Below the pieces are notes generated by a model. That model searched no databases. It worked only from the letters and a program-made list of their open reading frames with translations, and was not told the origin of the DNA. A DNA stretch of 38,163 bases from Candidatus Nanopelagicales bacterium (GTDB lineage: Bacteria; Actinomycetota; Actinomycetes; S36-B12), in assembly GCA_040265115.1 (NCBI GenBank), contig JBDQGZ010000002.1, forward strand, positions 1 through 38,163. Reading direction: 5' to 3'. Positions 36,909 to 38,163 of the stretch are shown one piece after another. The position numbers were made by a program, and so were the translations under genes. Within the stretch, counting starts at the first letter, position 1; the number at the start of each line of letters is the position of its first letter.

Positions 36909-38163
36909 ATGACGCCCCTTCGTCGCTTTGGATTTTCCGGTCTGCTCGCTGTCCTAGCAGCCTTGTTCCTCCTGGGGTCGACCGGCGCCGCCCACGCCGC
37001 CACCCTCGATGAGATCGGTGCGGACCTACGTGCCGACAACGTCTACAACGACTACGCGGCTGAGAACGCACTCACCATCTCCCAGACCGTCGACCTGCAA
37101 TTGCAGATCTCGGAGACGGGTCTGCCGATCTACATTGCGGTTCTGCCCGAATCGATGGCGGTCGAGGCCGGGGGGCCCGACGCGCTGCTCGTCGAGATCC
37201 GCGATGCAGTCGGTCGCGGTGGGGTGTACGCGACCATCGCCGGAAGTGCCTTCCGGGCCGGCGGCACTGACTACTCCGTGACCGGGATCGCGGATGCGGC
37301 CTTCGCCAGCCAAGCATCAAATGGCCCCTACGCGGTCCTCGAGGCGTTCGTGGCGGGCGTTGATGCTCAATACGGATCATCCTCAAGCGGAGGGGGTACG
37401 TCTTCGGGCAGTCCTGGATGGGTGTTCCTTGTCATCCTCGTGGTGTTCCTCGGCTTCGCCATCATCGTGACCTTCTTCTCCATCCGCTACTCCCGCAAGC
37501 GCAAGGCCATCTGGGCCGCGCAGATGCGGGAGGTTCTCGATGAGGACATCACCGAACTCGGCGAACGACTCGGCGGTTTCGATCTTTCGGATCCGCGATT
37601 GGACCAGGTCGGACGCGATCAGCTTCAGGTCGCGCTGGATGCCTACGCCCGAGCCGGAGACCGAAGCGCGGTGCTGAAGTCAGACGCCGATGTCATGCAG
37701 ACGACGAAGGCACTCGATGACGGGCGTTACGCGCTGGCCTGCGTCGAGGCGAGCATGAACGATGAGGATCCGCCTGCGCGCAGAGCACCCTGTTTCTTCG
37801 ATCCGCGCCACGGTGTCAGCCTCGACGACGTGATGTTCACGCCCATGAGCGGACAACCACATCCGGTCCCGGCGTGTGCGACCTGCTCTGCGACTGTTGC
37901 CGCCGGTGGATATCCGCAGCCACGCGAGGTCGAGGTCGCGGGGATCCGACGGCCCTACTGGGACGCTGGCGGAGCCTATGCGCCCTACGCGCGGGGGTAT
38001 TTCTCCGGTTTCGGAACCACGATGGTCGCTGCCTTCGCCGGCACGATGATTGCCCAATCACTGTTCGCTCCGACGATGGCCGCGGCCTCCACCACGGGCA
38101 TCGGTGACTCCGGCGGCGGAGGTTTCGGTGGCGGTGACTTCGGCGGCGGCGGCTTCAGCGGTG
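36909..38163 (+). CDS. Conserved actinobacterial membrane protein. It has a signal peptide, an extracytoplasmic TPM-like domain, a TM helix, and a cytoplasmic Cys-motif domain with a Gly-rich tail. The 3' end runs off the window.
   Basis: The frame is open from ATG 36909 to the window end (verified codon by codon), so it is absent from the ORF track. Signal peptide MTPLRRFGFSGLLAVLAALFLLGSTGAAHA. TM helix GWVFLVILVVFLGFAIIVTFFSI. Motifs PCFFDPRHG and PACATC, with tail GGGGFGGGDFGGGGFSG. Confidence 0.7.
   Translation, partial: MTPLRRFGFSGLLAVLAALFLLGSTGAAHAATLDEIGADLRADNVYNDYAAENALTISQTVDLQLQISETGLPIYIAVLPESMAVEAGGPDALLVEIRDAVGRGGVYATIAGSAFRAGGTDYSVTGIADAAFASQASNGPYAVLEAFVAGVDAQYGSSSSGGGTSSGSPGWVFLVILVVFLGFAIIVTFFSIRYSRKRKAIWAAQMREVLDEDITELGERLGGFDLSDPRLDQVGRDQLQVALDAYARAGDRSAVLKSDADVMQTTKALDDGRYALACVEASMNDEDPPARRAPCFFDPRHGVSLDDVMFTPMSGQPHPVPACATCSATVAAGGYPQPREVEVAGIRRPYWDAGGAYAPYARGYFSGFGTTMVAAFAGTMIAQSLFAPTMAAASTTGIGDSGGGGFGGGDFGGGGFSG

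Overview
This is a high-GC actinobacterial chromosomal segment with about 45 tightly packed genes. Many are linked by 1-8 nt start/stop overlaps. Most of it is conserved core genome in two syntenic blocks that I recognise from mycobacteria and Micrococcales. The first block is rdgB-rph-MBL hydrolase-murI ... cysM-cysO-mec ... DUF2017-clpS. The second is DUF3039/TIGR03089/LCP ... purE-purK-gtrA ... birA / accD5-accE5-maf-accA3. Several accessory genes sit inside this core. The stand-out is a single-gene insertion at 11702-12535 encoding a type-1 microbial rhodopsin. It carries the D-T-E proton-pump motif, a Schiff-base lysine, and a xanthorhodopsin-type Gly at the carotenoid-antenna position. 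It has its own AT-richer leader and a strong bidirectional terminator, and no retinal or carotenoid genes are visible in the window. Other accessory items are listed below.
- A 1174-aa secreted amidase_2 + SpoIID/LytB fusion with a tandem C-terminal module that also seems to cap a neighbouring GH18 hydrolase.
- A GH18-IclR-HdeD trio.
- A membrane-anchored coiled-coil SAM methyltransferase inside an LCP/GT2/UDP-glucose-dehydrogenase envelope cluster.
- A class III nucleotide cyclase wedged into the purK-birA block.
- A frameshifted FN3-domain gene at the left edge.
- A 3'-truncated TPM-like, Cys-motif membrane protein at the right edge.
I saw no CRISPR array, IS element, integrase or rRNA. One tRNA-Leu(TAG) is present. 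All calls come from reading the translations and the DNA by eye; no searches were run.
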